IMG/VR virus record: IMGVR_UViG_3300009156_000027
DNA length: 64,000 nt
Source: a virus
Strand: one strand, 5' to 3'
The notes beneath the pieces were generated by a model. The model was given only the letters and a program-made list of their open reading frames with translations. It ran no database searches and was not told where the DNA came from. This document shows, one piece after another, positions 27,069 to 35,822 of the stretch. A program made the translations under genes and the position numbers. Every line of letters starts with the position of its first letter. Position 1 is the stretch's first letter.

Positions 27069-29206
27069 GCCGCCATCTTCTTAGGAGCACCACCAACGAT
27101 CTCTGGTGGGAGAACAATCTTCGTTGGCCGTGACCAACGAGTCTTGGCGATTTTCATTTCAACCGGCAGTCGGACCGGCAACCCGAGACGCTTACTATCC
27201 TTCTGCATAGCTCGGATGATATCCTTCATCAGCTCGATACTATGCAACTTCTTTGGCAACTCGATAATGACTTCGTCGTGTACAGTCAGGAGCAGTCTCA
27301 CTCCCAACCGATACCAATCCGTCTCCTTCAACATCTCGTGAATGTTGATGAGACCGTTCTTCATCACATCCGCCGCGGTGCCTTGAATCAAGTAGTTAAC
27401 TGCACGATACGCGTAGTCTGGTTCGAACGTATAGCGACGACCAAATGGACTGTAGATCTCTCCAACCTGTGTCGCCTCAGCAATGAGGGCAGACATAAAC
27501 CGTTTGACACCGGGGAGCTTGGCTTCGTAGCCGGCCACGAACTCCTGTGCAGTATCGAGGTCGGATTTGAGAAGCTTCGCCACCTTGGGAACACCGCCCC
27601 CATACAACTTACAGAACATGATCAGCTTAGCGCACTTGCGGTAATAATCTTTGTGTTCGTCGAAGTCGTCGCGACTACTGAAGACTTGTTTGGCGATGCC
27701 TCCGTGATAGTCCTGTCCAGACATGAGGGCCGCTTGCATGGCCTTCTCGCCGGACAGATAGGCGAACAACCAAACTTCAATCTGCGAATAGTCGGGTAGA
27801 TACCAAATGCAACCAGGACGTGGACCAAAAGCTTCACGCGGTCTCGATTGAATATCCGCCTTGCGTCGGCCGGTGGTCTCCGACGCTACTTGTTGAAGGT
27901 TCGGATCAGAACACGACAGTCGGCCGGTAATCGCTCCTGTCTGTTTGAAGTTGGGATGAAGCGTCCATACTCCTGGCGACTCCTTCAACCAGTAGCGACG
28001 GTACACATGGAGAAATGAATTGTTTGTCTGCTGTGCCGCATTGTGTTCTAATACGGCTTTGGCCAATGGGTCTGGTGGAACCTTAATATACCGCGCACCG
28101 GTCTTCCGATTACGAAGCCACTTGCCACCAATCGGCAGGTGCTCGGTCTTCCGGTCCATATTGAACCACTCGGCGCTCTGGATCACATACCCGGTTCCCA
28201 TCTTTAGGAGATGTTCTCCGGTGAGCGAGTAGTTGAATGTCCCGGTCTTCTTGTTGAGTGTGCCAGTGAAGTTTGGTGGATGATGACGGGTCTCATAGAA
28301 CACCTTCGACATCTCTGGGGTGCTCTTGTAGTTCAGACCTTCGCCACCATTCGCCGAAGCGATCTTGCGTTGCTCCGCTCGATAGTTATTGTAGAACTTA
28401 ATCAAGGAACGTACACGCGGTCGGTGGATACGTGTGCCCGTGTCCTCCATATCTTTCAACACCCAGAACAACTTGTGCTCTCGATCGCAAACCTCCTTGG
28501 TCCGTGCGTCGGCTTGGATCTGGTCCCACCACGCTTTGTAAATGAGCATGGAACGAACCGCGTCGCCAACAGCATATGGAGCGATGAAACTATCCGGACA
28601 CAACCACATGTCCGACTTGGCGGGTTTCTTGCCACCGATGATCTTGTCGGCGATGGACCAACGTGTCTTCTTGGCCTGTTGCCGTCGCCGGTTGACTTCT
28701 TGGAGGAGCGTCTTCTCGTCGTCATCGGGATACTTGAAACGACGTTTGCAGAACTGCTTCAACGCGTAGGTGAGTTCTTGTCCACTCGTAGCGATATGGG
28801 CAATGATCTGCGTATCGAGGCAACGACCTCGCACTCGCATCCCGCCGTGTTCGGCCATCAAGATGTCGAATCGAAGGTTATGGCCGATCTTCGTAATGTC
28901 TTTGTCGTCCCAGAGTTCGGCAATCGCGGCGAGCTTTGACTTGTCGTGAAAGGAAACTTCTCTGGTGATCGGATCAACGTGACCACGAAGATAGTCGGTG
29001 TTTCCGTCTTGGTCGCACATCGACCACACGAATGCGCGAGCAGGAACTACCGACCGTACTTCAATGTCAGGCTTCTTCTTCGTTCCGAAGTTCAGGATTA
29101 GCCGACGCCAATCACCGTATGGCATCATGCCGGTCGTCTCGGAGTCGATGGCGATTGCTTTGCCGCGAACCTTGAGACCCGAACGCGAACCCAGTCTAAC
29201 TAACAC
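27065..29206 (-). CDS. polA: DNA polymerase, family A with 3'-5' exonuclease (start uncertain)
   Basis: IDSETTG, GHNLRFD, YA..D (Exo I-III); TGRLS..PNLQQ, DYSQIE (A), RKCAKLIMFCKLYG (B), TVHDE (C). Confidence 0.95.
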   Translation of the reverse strand: MLVRLGSRSGLKVRGKAIAIDSETTGMMPYGDWRRLILNFGTKKKPDIEVRSVVPARAFVWSMCDQDGNTDYLRGHVDPITREVSFHDKSKLAAIAELWDDKDITKIGHNLRFDILMAEHGGMRVRGRCLDTQIIAHIATSGQELTYALKQFCKRRFKYPDDDEKTLLQEVNRRRQQAKKTRWSIADKIIGGKKPAKSDMWLCPDSFIAPYAVGDAVRSMLIYKAWWDQIQADARTKEVCDREHKLFWVLKDMEDTGTRIHRPRVRSLIKFYNNYRAEQRKIASANGGEGLNYKSTPEMSKVFYETRHHPPNFTGTLNKKTGTFNYSLTGEHLLKMGTGYVIQSAEWFNMDRKTEHLPIGGKWLRNRKTGARYIKVPPDPLAKAVLEHNAAQQTNNSFLHVYRRYWLKESPGVWTLHPNFKQTGAITGRLSCSDPNLQQVASETTGRRKADIQSRPREAFGPRPGCIWYLPDYSQIEVWLFAYLSGEKAMQAALMSGQDYHGGIAKQVFSSRDDFDEHKDYYRKCAKLIMFCKLYGGGVPKVAKLLKSDLDTAQEFVAGYEAKLPGVKRFMSALIAEATQVGEIYSPFGRRYTFEPDYAYRAVNYLIQGTAADVMKNGLINIHEMLKETDWYRLGVRLLLTVHDEVIIELPKKLHSIELMKDIIRAMQKDSKRLGLPVRLPVEMKIAKTRWSRPTKIVLPPEIVGGAPKKMAA

Positions 29207-29669
29207 GGATGCTACGGGAGTAGCGTTGCAACCAGAACAAGAACGAACAACGATCGCAAATCTTCGGCGTCGTCTGCAACATATTACAACGCGTCGGTTC
29301 ATCGCTCTCGCAGCGACGGTGTGACTCGACGAACAAGGCCGCATCTTCAATGATACGAACCTTGTATTTCAACCAGAAATGAAACATCCCCATGTACACC
29401 GCGATGTCGATCATTCGCGATTCGGGCGACTCGCTTTCAACCTGACCTTCGATTACGAAACTTCGAAGGGCGATGTACTGCTTCCGAATCTTCGCCCAGA
29501 GATCTTGCTCGACTGTCATCTGACATTCCCACGCCGTCTGCAGTATCTCCAGGAAGGCGACTTTATCTGGATGGTAGTCGGCATTCTTCCGCCATTGGAG
29601 CTTGTTGGCGTCTTCGAAGAATGCCGCGACCTCTTCACTCATTTGCGTTGCATGCATCGTCGTCTCCAT
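29196..29669 (-). CDS. Nucleotide-modification-associated domain protein (Nmad1/DUF1599-like, all-alpha NTP pyrophosphohydrolase fold)
   Basis: L..RKNADY, AKIRK...L, ES.ESR.ID.AVY pattern. Confidence 0.65.
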   Translation of the reverse strand: METTMHATQMSEEVAAFFEDANKLQWRKNADYHPDKVAFLEILQTAWECQMTVEQDLWAKIRKQYIALRSFVIEGQVESESPESRMIDIAVYMGMFHFWLKYKVRIIEDAALFVESHRRCESDEPTRCNMLQTTPKICDRCSFLFWLQRYSRSIRVS

Positions 29670-29673
29670 CCAC

Positions 29674-29722
29674 GAAAGAACCCACCGACGTCGCTACCTA
29701 GGGCGGCAACAACGTCGGTGGG
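29674..29722 (-). terminator. Rho-independent terminator/attenuator after SSB gene
   Basis: Perfect 11-bp stem CCCACCGACGT/ACGTCGGTGGG followed on the minus strand by TTCTTTC. Confidence 0.55.
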
Positions 29723-29767
29723 GTTGGGCGCGGATCAACAACCTCCCAGCGGCTGACCCGACCCGAT

Positions 29768-30811
29768 CTATTTCTTGCTCTTCTTCTTGCCCTTCTTCGG
29801 AACGGACTTCGCGGGTGATTCCTCAACGGACGTAATGGCGTCGGCCTTGATCTTGACCGTCTTGCCCTTGTCGGTCTTGATCAGGACCTTACCTTCCTGC
29901 TCGAAGAGTTCGACGACCTCGCCCTTGATCTTGCCGGACTTCTTCGTCTCGGCCTTGACCACGGACCCGACGACGACGTCGACTTCATCTTCGACCTCTT
30001 CTTCTTCGTCGTCTTCTTCGTCTTCGTCCTCTTCGTCTTCCTCTTCGTCGTCCTCGTCTTTGGACTTGGATTTCTTGCCCTTCTTTTTCTTGCTGGGCTT
30101 CTCCTCCTCGTCCTCGTCGTCTTCCTCCTCGTCTTCTTCCTCTTCCTCCTCGTCGTCGTCAGACTCCTCGTCGTCATCGGACTCTTCTTCTTCCTCGTCG
30201 TCCGATTCCTCCTCGTCGTCCTCTTCTTCTTCGTCTTCGTCGTCCTCTTCGTCGTCCTCGTCGTCGTCCTTCTTCTTGGACTTCTTCTTGGACTTCTTCG
30301 GTTCGTCGTCGTCCTCGTCCTCGTCCTCTTCTTCCTCCTCGTCGTCATCTCCAACGAGGCCGTCGACGTAGACGTTCTGGAACTCGCCCTTGGTCTTCAA
30401 GCGGACGCGGCACTTCGGCTTCGTCTTCTTGATGTCATCGAGGATGTCCTTGAGTTCCTTCTCCATGTCCTCGAGCTCGGACACATCGTAGCCCATCGCG
30501 TCGAGTTTGCGAAGCAAGTACTCCAGATGGTCCTCGGTCAGACCTTCGAAGTCGAGCTTCTCCTTGCCCTTGTATTCGCCATCCATGAACTTCCACGTGA
30601 TGACGACCTGGACCCGCTTGTTCTTCGAGACACCGATCTTCGCATCGGTCGCCCGCATCCGATAGCGACCGTCGTCGTATTCAGCGAACCCGCCGGTTGC
30701 CGCCTTCTCCTTCGCTTCGTCGAGATTCTTGTTGAGCCGGCGAAGGTACTTGCCGAAATCAACCCCAGATGACGACGACTTGCCTTTCGATTTCTTTTCC
30801 TTCTTCTTCAT
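29768..30811 (-). CDS. ssDNA-binding protein (DUF669-like) with very long acidic tract
   Basis: FAEYDDGRY...V.ITWKF.DGEYKG, CRVRLKTKGEFQNVYV (OB-like); ~130 aa D/E/K low-complexity region; small C-terminal SH3/KOW-like domain; next to Sak4-like ATPase. Confidence 0.75.
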   Translation of the reverse strand: MKKKEKKSKGKSSSSGVDFGKYLRRLNKNLDEAKEKAATGGFAEYDDGRYRMRATDAKIGVSKNKRVQVVITWKFMDGEYKGKEKLDFEGLTEDHLEYLLRKLDAMGYDVSELEDMEKELKDILDDIKKTKPKCRVRLKTKGEFQNVYVDGLVGDDDEEEEEDEDEDDDEPKKSKKKSKKKDDDEDDEEDDEDEEEEDDEEESDDEEEEESDDDEESDDDEEEEEEDEEEDDEDEEEKPSKKKKGKKSKSKDEDDEEEDEEDEDEEDDEEEEVEDEVDVVVGSVVKAETKKSGKIKGEVVELFEQEGKVLIKTDKGKTVKIKADAITSVEESPAKSVPKKGKKKSKK

Positions 30812-30822
30812 GTGATCTCCTG

Positions 30823-31707
30823 TCAATGTTTACCGATCCGGAACTTCTTCTTCTTGACTGTGGTGGCAGCCTCCTCTTCGTCGATGTCCGACGACCGCGT
30901 CGGGACGTACTCGTTGTTGAACGCCGCGGTGACGTTCTTGTACGCTTCCTTGGCCGAGGTTCCCATATCGATTCGACGAATCGGTTTCCCGTCTGGTGTG
31001 AGAAACCGTCCTTCGAGTCGATGTCCTGCCGAGACGTGGTCGTCGCCAAGGATCTGTAGAACCCGTCGTCGCTTGTCGTATGAATAGTACGCCCAGATGT
31101 CGACCGATCCTTCGACGAGGTCGCGCATCTTCTTGTGCATGGTCGGCATCATGCGGTCGTACGTTGCGCCGTCCCGTGTCTCCACTTCCACTTCTTGGGC
31201 ATGTGAAAGGAAGATCACTCCCTTGCCGGAGTTGAGCAATTCACCAAACGTTCGTTCGAACTCCCTACGATTCTCTCGCCACCCCTTGCCCCACTCCTCG
31301 TCGGCCAAGTCGTCGATGACCAACTTCTCGCAAGTGTAGTCTTCGACCATTGGGTACAACGGATCGACAATGTCAACGACCACGGTGTCGAAGGTCTTGT
31401 CTTTTCTCAACGCCTTGATCGCCTTCTTGAACTTCCGCCAGCTGTTGATCACCACTGGGTAGAGACGTAGTGCCTTGCCACCCGGCTCCGTGAATAGGTG
31501 AATCGCTTTGCCGAACAACGCGGTCAACGACGTCTTGCCGATTTTCTTCTCGCCGAAGATCAGCCACGTGTAGGCTCCCAAGGAATCTTCCGGTTCGGAC
31601 CGCTCAGTAGGGAGTACGAACTTCTCCTCCCCAGTCTCCTCGCGCTCGCGAACCTTCTTTTTCTTGTCGGCCTTTTTGTGGCCCTTCAACTTCTTCAGGA
31701 CGGCCAC
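30823..31707 (-). CDS. Sak4-like/AAA_24 P-loop ATPase (ssDNA annealing protein)
   Basis: WLIFGEKKIGKTSL, FDTVVVD, GVIFLSHA, VDIWAY motifs. Confidence 0.85.
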   Translation of the reverse strand: MAVLKKLKGHKKADKKKKVREREETGEEKFVLPTERSEPEDSLGAYTWLIFGEKKIGKTSLTALFGKAIHLFTEPGGKALRLYPVVINSWRKFKKAIKALRKDKTFDTVVVDIVDPLYPMVEDYTCEKLVIDDLADEEWGKGWRENRREFERTFGELLNSGKGVIFLSHAQEVEVETRDGATYDRMMPTMHKKMRDLVEGSVDIWAYYSYDKRRRVLQILGDDHVSAGHRLEGRFLTPDGKPIRRIDMGTSAKEAYKNVTAAFNNEYVPTRSSDIDEEEAATTVKKKKFRIGKH

Positions 31708-31708
31708 G

Positions 31709-31921
31709 TTACTCGTCGTCCTCGGTCTTGACGTGGCGGATCTCCACGTTGTTCGCGCCACCGTTCGTCTCAAGCACGATGGTGCGACCACCCGTCGGCT
31801 TGTACGTCGCTTTGTTACCGTCGTCCGTGTCGTTGGTTTGTTTCATCCCACTGAAGAGTTGAATCTTGCACGTGGGATCGTCCACCATCTTTCGGACGAT
31901 GTCTTTCAGTGCCTCATCCAT
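31709..31921 (-). CDS. Hypothetical protein
   Basis: 70 aa, coupled to its neighbours. Confidence 0.55.
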   Translation of the reverse strand: MDEALKDIVRKMVDDPTCKIQLFSGMKQTNDTDDGNKATYKPTGGRTIVLETNGGANNVEIRHVKTEDDE

Positions 31922-33080
31922 GACGAGCCTTCACTTTCAACGAGGCGAGTGGAATCACCTGACCGGCCACCTCTACCGGTTCAGGCTTAAGGGAATTACC
32001 ATTCCCTGCGAAGACGTATTGACGCATCGTCTTCAGATGCTCTGCAACCATTAGCTGCAGTTTCTCGTCGGAATCCTTCGCGTATTCGGCTCCCGGCGGT
32101 TTGATGAGACCCTGACGCCATCCACCGTTGTAGCTGCACACAGAACAGGGTGTCATGTTACGGTTCTTCCGGAACAGCAATTCCCGAATCGCGTTCATCT
32201 GCACAGACTCCCAGATCTGCTGCAGCGATTGATTGGGAAACTTACCAACCGGTAACTGCGTCGACCAGTCGTAGCAGCACACAGGCACTACACCATTGTA
32301 GCCCATATTGAGTTCTCGGAACGGCCGTGTGCATTTCTTCTTAAGCGGCTCGGTGATTGGCTCCTGTCCCAAGAGATTCTGCAACGGCTTCTCCGGCGAG
32401 TTGCCAGCTTCGTTGTTGATATCCTTTGAGACCGGACGTCCGGTCTCCGCCCGCTTCTTCGTGTTCACCTCTCCCAGATCGTCGAGCACAAAGATCTGTT
32501 GTCGGTTGGTCGGATACCGTCGATAGATCGAGAGATGATCTGGGTTGTCGTAGTAGTGATCCGTGACCCGGATGTCTTTGTCCTTGGCGTATTGCTTAGC
32601 GTAGGCCATGAACATTTCATACCGAGTCTTATGTCGTTCATGCGGTTTGCCCCACCACCGCTTGTAGGCGTTGATAGCCAACAAGTTCAGACCCTTGGCA
32701 AACCATTCGTCAGCCGACGATCTGAACGTCTTCCAGTCCTCGATCTGGGAGCCGTTGGTCTGCAGTTGGATATGGGCGTTGGGATCCAACCGAATCGCTG
32801 CAATGATTCCTGCGAAGTTCTTGTGCAACGTCGGCTCACCATGGTTGTCGAGTTCGACACGCACCCCACCAGGGAGCCATCGCTGAGTCTCCTTGAACAT
32901 CGCGCGAACGAGTTCGACTGGCATCTCTCGATAGTCCGCCCACCCGGTGCCTGGGGTGTCTTTGGAACGAACGCTATGGATGCCGCAGAACCAACAACTA
33001 TAATTACAACCTTCCACAACCTCCAATTGTATGGACCACGGCAAGGCGACGAACGGTTTCTTTGGCAACGAGATCTTCAT
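31914..33080 (-). CDS. Radical SAM enzyme with SPASM/twitch domain
   Basis: CNYSCWFC (CxxxCxxC), HGEPTLH, TNGS; C-terminal CTRPF...VCCYDW...CSVC; ATGA overlap at start. Confidence 0.92.
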   Translation of the reverse strand: MKISLPKKPFVALPWSIQLEVVEGCNYSCWFCGIHSVRSKDTPGTGWADYREMPVELVRAMFKETQRWLPGGVRVELDNHGEPTLHKNFAGIIAAIRLDPNAHIQLQTNGSQIEDWKTFRSSADEWFAKGLNLLAINAYKRWWGKPHERHKTRYEMFMAYAKQYAKDKDIRVTDHYYDNPDHLSIYRRYPTNRQQIFVLDDLGEVNTKKRAETGRPVSKDINNEAGNSPEKPLQNLLGQEPITEPLKKKCTRPFRELNMGYNGVVPVCCYDWSTQLPVGKFPNQSLQQIWESVQMNAIRELLFRKNRNMTPCSVCSYNGGWRQGLIKPPGAEYAKDSDEKLQLMVAEHLKTMRQYVFAGNGNSLKPEPVEVAGQVIPLASLKVKARHG

Positions 33081-33211
33081 TTCTTCAACTCCGCCGCCAA
33101 CGCCAACACGTTGGGCAGGCATAGCAGTACAACAATGAATAGGACAAAGACACCAATCGCGATCATTGACAGAGCGCCCCACGCAAAGAGTATAATCTCC
33201 AACCAAGTCAT
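33077..33211 (-). CDS. Small membrane protein
   Basis: MTWLEIILFAWGALSMIAIGVFVLFIVVLL hydrophobic stretch; ATGA coupling on both sides. Confidence 0.55.
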   Translation of the reverse strand: MTWLEIILFAWGALSMIAIGVFVLFIVVLLCLPNVLALAAELKK

Positions 33212-33390
33212 TTCATCATCTCCTTCTTCTTCTGCTTGTCCATGTATTGGATATAACGCCACGCCGCATACAGCACACGGTGAGCAATCGGATTCGAAAT
33301 CGGCGCGTTGGCTGGAGCACCGGCATAGTTCGCTTCAGCGACCGCATCTCGTAGACGCTTGTACAACGACTCCTCTTTCGTCAGACTCAC
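33208..33390 (-). CDS. Hypothetical protein
   Basis: 60 aa, translationally coupled. Confidence 0.55.
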   Translation of the reverse strand: MSLTKEESLYKRLRDAVAEANYAGAPANAPISNPIAHRVLYAAWRYIQYMDKQKKKEMMK

Positions 33391-34163
33391 GGTTCAACCT
33401 CCAACGACTTTTCGATTTGCGTCCACGGAAAAGTCACCCGGACCTTCTCCATGTATTGCGGATGCGTCTGCGAGAATCTCTGGATAGCGATTCCGACTTT
33501 CCGAACCCGTTCGCCGATACCGCCGTAGCCTCCCGGCATGTAACGTTTCTTCTGAAATGGCGCGTCCATACAGACCATCTGCGCAGTGAGGTTCATATCG
33601 AACGCGGCAAAGGTGACCTGCACATCGTCCATACAACCTTCGTCAACGACGTAGCGCATCTTGTTGTACAGAGTATGTGGGATCGCCCAGAACATCGCCG
33701 ACCTCTTCTTGTAGAAGCGTAACCCGTCGTGGGTCTCGACTCCCTTCTTGATACGCCCAGAATCGAAATGTTCGGCTGTCCCATGCATCCCTGCGATGAG
33801 GCAAGGTTGAATCGGATAGACGAACGACGCACGCACCAGGTTTTTCAAACTCTTTTCGGTGTAACGCGTATTGTCGTCGGTCACCACGTAGCGATCGAAC
33901 TTCACTTCAGTGGCTTCCTGACGAAGCATCTCACGCGCGTAGGTCCCACTACCATAGGGATTCTCGTACGTGATCCAAGTTACCCTATCGAACTCCCTTC
34001 GTACCGGGAGGTATTTCTTCCTTTCTTTTTCTTCCACACCAATGAATGTGCTGGGTCGGTTCAGGAACGGCTGTGCGCGTAAGGTCTTCAACAAGACTTC
34101 TGGTCGTCCCTTCGATGGGATCAGTACTGCAAATGAACGTTGAAGTTTAACACGCACAGCCAT
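33387..34163 (-). CDS. TAGT/GREB1-like glycosyltransferase (GT-A)
   Basis: VLIPSKGRP, IGVEEKE..KY, G...ARE, VVTDDN, MDD, MPGG pattern of the TET-associated glycosyltransferase family. Confidence 0.75.
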   Translation of the reverse strand: MAVRVKLQRSFAVLIPSKGRPEVLLKTLRAQPFLNRPSTFIGVEEKERKKYLPVRREFDRVTWITYENPYGSGTYAREMLRQEATEVKFDRYVVTDDNTRYTEKSLKNLVRASFVYPIQPCLIAGMHGTAEHFDSGRIKKGVETHDGLRFYKKRSAMFWAIPHTLYNKMRYVVDEGCMDDVQVTFAAFDMNLTAQMVCMDAPFQKKRYMPGGYGGIGERVRKVGIAIQRFSQTHPQYMEKVRVTFPWTQIEKSLEVEP

Positions 34164-34169
34164 CTCCTT

Positions 34170-34541
34170 CTACTTGACGGTGTCCCGCTTCTTCTCGAGC
34201 TTCGCTTTCTTGGCCGAGAGCTTGTTGATGCGACTGTCGATCTTGTCGATCCGCTTCTGGATTCGCGCGACCTTCTTATCGACCTTCTTCTTTGCTCGCG
34301 CGTCGGCCGGTGTCGACTTCTTCGGTGGTACTGCAACAGACTTCTTCGCCATGGTGGTTAGTTCCTGCGCCAAACGTTTTTTGAATTGTGGTCGTGCGCG
34401 GCGCAAAGCGTCCGCCACAAAGTGTGAGCCTTTTAAAAACAGCGTTGGGTCTTCCTGGATTGCACGGCCTGGTTCTCCTGCGAACGGATTCCCGTCTCGC
34501 TCGCCCAGATAGTCGATGTATCGGTCCTCATGATATCCCAT
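34170..34541 (-). CDS. Basic coiled-coil protein (alternative start 34352)
   Basis: Lys-rich helical C-terminal half. Confidence 0.5.
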   Translation of the reverse strand: MGYHEDRYIDYLGERDGNPFAGEPGRAIQEDPTLFLKGSHFVADALRRARPQFKKRLAQELTTMAKKSVAVPPKKSTPADARAKKKVDKKVARIQKRIDKIDSRINKLSAKKAKLEKKRDTVK

Positions 34542-34553
34542 GCCCAGGTACCG

Positions 34554-35810
34554 CTACTTTATCTGGTCGTGTGGGTACTTTCCGTTGGTCGGGATCCAAC
34601 GAATCTGTCCGCCCTCCATACTCTCAGGAGCGAGAACGAAGAACGGCATCTGCTCAGGCCGGTGTTGCCGAGTCAAACTGTCTTTCCCAACGTACTTGTG
34701 ATACGGAGCATAACGATGTCCACCGGGTTCCGGATCTCTCTTGCAGACCTCGCAGTACTCCTGGGCTGGTCCTTCTTCTCGATCAATCAGATGATTGCCT
34801 TGCGCGTGTCCGCACTCCGCACATCGTTCGTACGGGTTCGGATACTTGCCGTCCGGTGGCCAGGACTCGAGACCTGCAAACCGTGCCGCCTTGGCCTTGT
34901 CGCTGTGACTGCCGAGATACTTCGAGATGATGGGTGGGCATTTCATCTTCACTTCGCGCAGCATCAACTGAGCGACGCAATTGAATTCCCAGTCCATAAT
35001 GTGCTCAAGACGGTTGGCCAACACACCGGACAGGGCAATCCAATTGTACTGGTCGTGGATATAGGTCTGCATTCCCATGAACAGTACGCGACGAGCGTCC
35101 TGCCAGGGAATGCCGGCATCGACCAGTGCCGAGTACAACCGACGACCGTTGTCGATGTGCTTCAGAATCTGCGCATGGAGTGTCGGGTCACCGTCTTTCG
35201 ATTCCATCCCATCGAACACCGGCTGATGTGACAGATACTCCTTGATGGGTTCCCAATTCGTAATGCAATGCTCGAGACTCTCCGGCAAGAGGGCACCCTT
35301 GTCGTGCACTGCACACGCCCGACGTATCGTCTCCGGCATCGTCCACGCGCGATGACGCCAGTCGTTGTCGCGCCCGCCGTGCTGCATGAAACCGGCACCC
35401 AGACGCGTCCGAACGTTCTGGTGTGTAAATGCGCGTGAGACTCCGTCGATGCAGAAGTCGAACGTGATTCCTTCGAGGACCTGCTGCAACGTCTTGCCCG
35501 CGAAGCAGGACTCGACATAGTCGCGTTCGTCTGGAAGCAACCGTGTCCATCCGGTGACGAAGGCAACCTTCGGATCGTTCACACGCGTGTCGATCGTCAG
35601 ATTGAGATTGGGTTCGCGGTTCACAGTCCGCGATGGCGACTCGCCCCAGTTCGCTTGGAGTGCGTCGTACATGGATGTGAACAAGTTCACTGTCGGACCC
35701 CATCGATCCAATGTGACCTTCAGACTGTCCGGCCCGTAGGTGATGGGATTCGTTGGCTCTTCGCCCGTATGAATGGCGTGAGGCCGGTGCTTCGCATCTT
35801 CGTAAGCCAT
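34554..35810 (-). CDS. Divergent ThyX-like (flavin-dependent thymidylate synthase fold) protein
   Basis: LEGITFDFCIDGVSRAFTHQNVRTR...QHGGRD and WQDARRVL...YN...L....RL...WEF align with ThyX; several catalytic positions differ; Cys-rich C-terminal extension. Confidence 0.8.
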   Translation of the reverse strand: MAYEDAKHRPHAIHTGEEPTNPITYGPDSLKVTLDRWGPTVNLFTSMYDALQANWGESPSRTVNREPNLNLTIDTRVNDPKVAFVTGWTRLLPDERDYVESCFAGKTLQQVLEGITFDFCIDGVSRAFTHQNVRTRLGAGFMQHGGRDNDWRHRAWTMPETIRRACAVHDKGALLPESLEHCITNWEPIKEYLSHQPVFDGMESKDGDPTLHAQILKHIDNGRRLYSALVDAGIPWQDARRVLFMGMQTYIHDQYNWIALSGVLANRLEHIMDWEFNCVAQLMLREVKMKCPPIISKYLGSHSDKAKAARFAGLESWPPDGKYPNPYERCAECGHAQGNHLIDREEGPAQEYCEVCKRDPEPGGHRYAPYHKYVGKDSLTRQHRPEQMPFFVLAPESMEGGQIRWIPTNGKYPHDQIK

Positions 35811-35822
35811 CTTCGTCTCCTT

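Noticed and set aside
29775-30371. 198-aa poly-Ser ORF on the + strand (and the Arg/Thr-rich ORF 29881-30354)
   Set aside because: Shadow frames of the GAC/GAA/GAG repeats encoding the SSB acidic tract.
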